A stretch of 64,000 nucleotides of DNA, from NCBI GenBank assembly GCA_963706595.1, contig OY970166.1, positions 2,208,001 through 2,272,000 of the forward strand, read 5' to 3'. Origin of the DNA: an uncultured cyanobacterium (GTDB lineage Bacteria; Cyanobacteriota; Cyanobacteriia; Cyanobacteriales; Nostocaceae). Each line of letters starts with the position of its first letter. Within the stretch, counting starts at the first letter, position 1. The translations under genes and the position numbers were made by a program. This document shows, piece after piece, positions 63,474 through 64,000 of this stretch. The notes below the pieces were generated by a model that was not told the origin of the DNA, ran no database searches, and saw only the letters and a list, made by a program, of their open reading frames with translations.

Positions 63474-63660
63474 TTAATGTATTCAACAAGAAAGGCATAA
63501 GGTTTCTCTAATCGAACATAAAAGCCACCCAAAAGGGCAAGGGTTTAATTCCCCTACCAAAATCAGAGATTTGGTAGCTTCCAACTCGTGGGTATTGAAG
63601 CCTTTAACATCTTATACCCTTCTGCCTTCTTCACCAGAGTTTTCATCCTTCTAAATTGTG

Positions 63661-63770
63661 GAGGTATATACAGGTCTATTCCTAAGTGTCTTTTTTTCTT
63701 TTTTATGAAACCTTGCGGTAACTCGTTGCAGGATCAACAACGAAAATCAATAGCTACCTATATATACCTC
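63661..63770 (-). ncRNA. Candidate retron msr-msd ncRNA
   Basis: Arms GAGGTATATATAGGT and ACCTGTATATACCTC (15 bp, one G-U), AG after the 5' arm, two internal hairpins, directly downstream of a promoter and upstream of the RT. Confidence 0.7.
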
Positions 63771-63775
63771 TCTAT

Positions 63776-63805
63776 ACAGTATTTCTCTTTTGCATATTTT
63801 GTCAA
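63776..63805 (-). promoter_or_regulatory. Sigma70-type promoter of the retron operon
   Basis: TTGACA (63805-63800), 18 bp, TACTGT (63781-63776); predicted start near 63770. Confidence 0.65.
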
Positions 63806-64000
63806 GACTGTTACACAAATTGAACTAGAATGGAAAATATGATAGGTGGAATTAATGAGCTTATGCAAGCCTAAATTGACAATATTGAGAAGTTATAGCG
63901 ATTTCCAAAGTCGTCAGTATTGAGACAAAATTAACCACAGAGCAGATAAATCTATACCTAAGCTAAACTGAGAAATTCTGTCTCACGAATAGGGCAAAAA

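Noticed and set aside
63800..63815. NtcA-like site TGTA-N8-GACA at the retron promoter
   Set aside because: Mismatched half-site and non-canonical spacing to the -10; better explained by the -35 box
63588..63842. 84-aa plus-strand ORF
   Set aside because: Antisense to the retron promoter and ncRNA, low complexity, no clear RBS

Overview
Filamentous heterocyst-type cyanobacterial chromosome (Nostocales-like, judged from frequent HIP1 GCGATCGC octamers, heptamer STRR tracts, Anabaena-type sigA and 6S RNA). About 1-54 kb is mostly core and transport genes (trhO, mscL, ggt, osmoprotectant ABC, moeB, hisZ, suhB, ferredoxins, sigA, a ParC-like topoisomerase A subunit, a MacAB-TolC-type exporter cluster). 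It also holds tRNA-Ala(UGC), tRNA-Ser(GGA), 6S RNA, an IS630, an IS4/IS50-type element and many nested MITEs and small dispersed repeats. The key object is an AT-rich island after comM (59.1-63.8 kb, minus strand) in which I saw no HIP1 site. In order it carries a promoter, a ~110-nt retron-type ncRNA closed by an a1/a2 inverted repeat, a retron reverse transcriptase (NAxxH, YADD, VTG) fused to an McrB-like AAA+ NTPase, and an McrC-like DUF2357/PD-(D/E)XK nuclease with a Cys-rich tail. This reads as a retron-McrBC hybrid defence system that I do not recognise among described retron types. Family calls are by-eye motif recognition; no database searches or folding programs were run.
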